Shown: positions 62,601 through 64,000 of the stretch, piece after piece
Position numbering within the stretch: the stretch's first letter is position 1
Layout: the number at the start of each line of letters is the position of its first letter
Assembly: GCA_032718475.1 (NCBI GenBank)
Contig: JAUCBJ010001197.1
Span: 1-64,000, forward strand
Direction: 5' to 3'
Source: Nemertoderma westbladi
Lineage: Eukaryota; Animalia; Xenacoelomorpha
Length of the DNA stretch: 64,000 nucleotides
Made by a program: the position numbers and the translations under genes
Notes under the pieces: generated by a model
The model's input: the letters and a program-made list of their open reading frames with translations, nothing else
Databases searched by the model: none
Told to the model about the DNA's origin: nothing

Positions 62601-64000
62601 TGACCCAAACTAGATGACCTAAACTAGATGACCCCAAATAGATGACCCAAACCAGATGACCCAAACTAGATAACCCAAATTAGATGGCCCAAACTAGATG
62701 ACCCAAACTAGATTACCTAAACTAGATGACCCAAATTAGATGGCCCAAACTAGATGACCCAAACTAGATGACCCAAATTAGATGGCCCAAACTAGATGAC
62801 CCAAACTAGATTACCTAAACTAGATGACCCAAATTAGATGGCCCAAACTAGATGACCCAAACCAGATGACCCAAACTAGATGACACAAATTATATGGCCC
62901 AAATTAGATGACCCAAACTAGATGACCCAAACTAGATGACCCAAATTAGATGGCCCAAATTAGATGACCCAAACTAGATGACCCAAACTAGATGACCCAA
63001 ATTAGATGGCCCAAATTAGATGACCCAAACTAGATGACCCAAACTAGATGACCTAAACTAGATGACCCCAAATAGATGACCCAAATTAGATGACCCAAAC
63101 TAGATGACACAAATTATATGGCCCAAATTAGATGACCCAAACTAGATGACCCAAACTAGATGACCCAAACTAGATGACCTAAACTAGATGACCCCAAATA
63201 TATGACCCAAACCAGATGACCCAAACTAGATAACCCAAACTAGATGACCCAAACTAGGTGACCCAAATTAGATGGCCCAAACTAGATGACCCTAACTAGA
63301 TGACCCAAACTAGATGACCTAAACTAGATGACCCCAAATAGATGACCCAAACCAGATGTCCCAAACTAGATAACCCAAATTAGATGGCCCAAACTAGATG
63401 ACCCAAACTAGATGACCTAAACTAGATGACCTAAACTAGATGACCCCAAATATATGACCCAAACCAGATGACCCAAACTAGATAACCCAAACTAGATGAC
63501 CCAAACTAGGTGACCCAAATTAGATGGCCCAAACTAGATGACCCTAACTAGATGACCCAAACTAGATGACCTAAACTAGATGACCCCAAATAGATGACCC
63601 AAACCAGATGTCCCAAACTAGATAACCCAAATTAGATGGCCCAAACTAGATGACCCAAACTAGATGACCTAAACTAGATGACCTAAACTAGATGACCCCA
63701 AATAGATGACCCAAACCAGATGTCCCAAACTAGATAACCCAAATTAGATGGCCCAAACTAGATGACCCAAACTAGATGACCCAAACTAGATGACCCAAAC
63801 TAGATGACCCAAATTAGATGACCCAAACCAGATGTCCCAAACTAGATAACCCAAATTAGATGGCCCAAACTAGATGACCTAAACTAGATGACCCCAAATA
63901 GATGACCCAAACCAGATGTCCCAAACTAGATAACCCAAATTAGATGGCCCAAACTAGATGACCCAAACTAGATGACCTAAACTAGATGACCTAAACTAGA
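59617..64000. repeat. 14-bp satellite (gatgacccaaacta)n in the intron after exon C, running off the window
   Basis: Tandem 14-mers with variants gataaccc, gatggccc and gacacaaattatat. Confidence 0.97.

Noticed and set aside
59617-64000. 14-mer (or 17-mer) as a telomeric repeat
   Set aside because: The arrays are intronic, heterogeneous and not a recognised telomere motif; running off the window edge is not evidence of a chromosome end.

Overview
Eukaryotic (probably invertebrate animal) genomic DNA. Three short + strand exons (2767-2893, 5088-5166, 59188-59351) splice in frame into part of the tail of an outer-arm axonemal dynein heavy chain (DNAH5/DNAH8 type). The 54,021-bp intron between the second and third exons is almost entirely a 17-bp satellite directly abutting a 43-bp satellite. 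Three retrotransposons are nested in it: a 5'-truncated RTE-clade LINE (- strand), a 5'-truncated CRE-clade RT+RLE element (+ strand), and a young, full-length 14.2-kb BEL/Pao LTR element (- strand; 549-bp LTRs, 5-bp TSD). The BEL/Pao element is unusual in three ways. It has no tRNA-type PBS, but the leader abutting the 5' LTR is complementary in two blocks to the LTR itself, which suggests self-priming. It has an extra ORF after pol encoding a WRN/EXD-like 3'-5' exonuclease plus three CCHC knuckles. It has a ~1,080-codon low-complexity extension ahead of Gag. Also present: a PIF/Harbinger-type MITE, Helentron/HINE-like remnants, several minisatellites, and a 14-bp satellite filling the next intron. 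All calls come from reading the sequence by eye; no searches were run.
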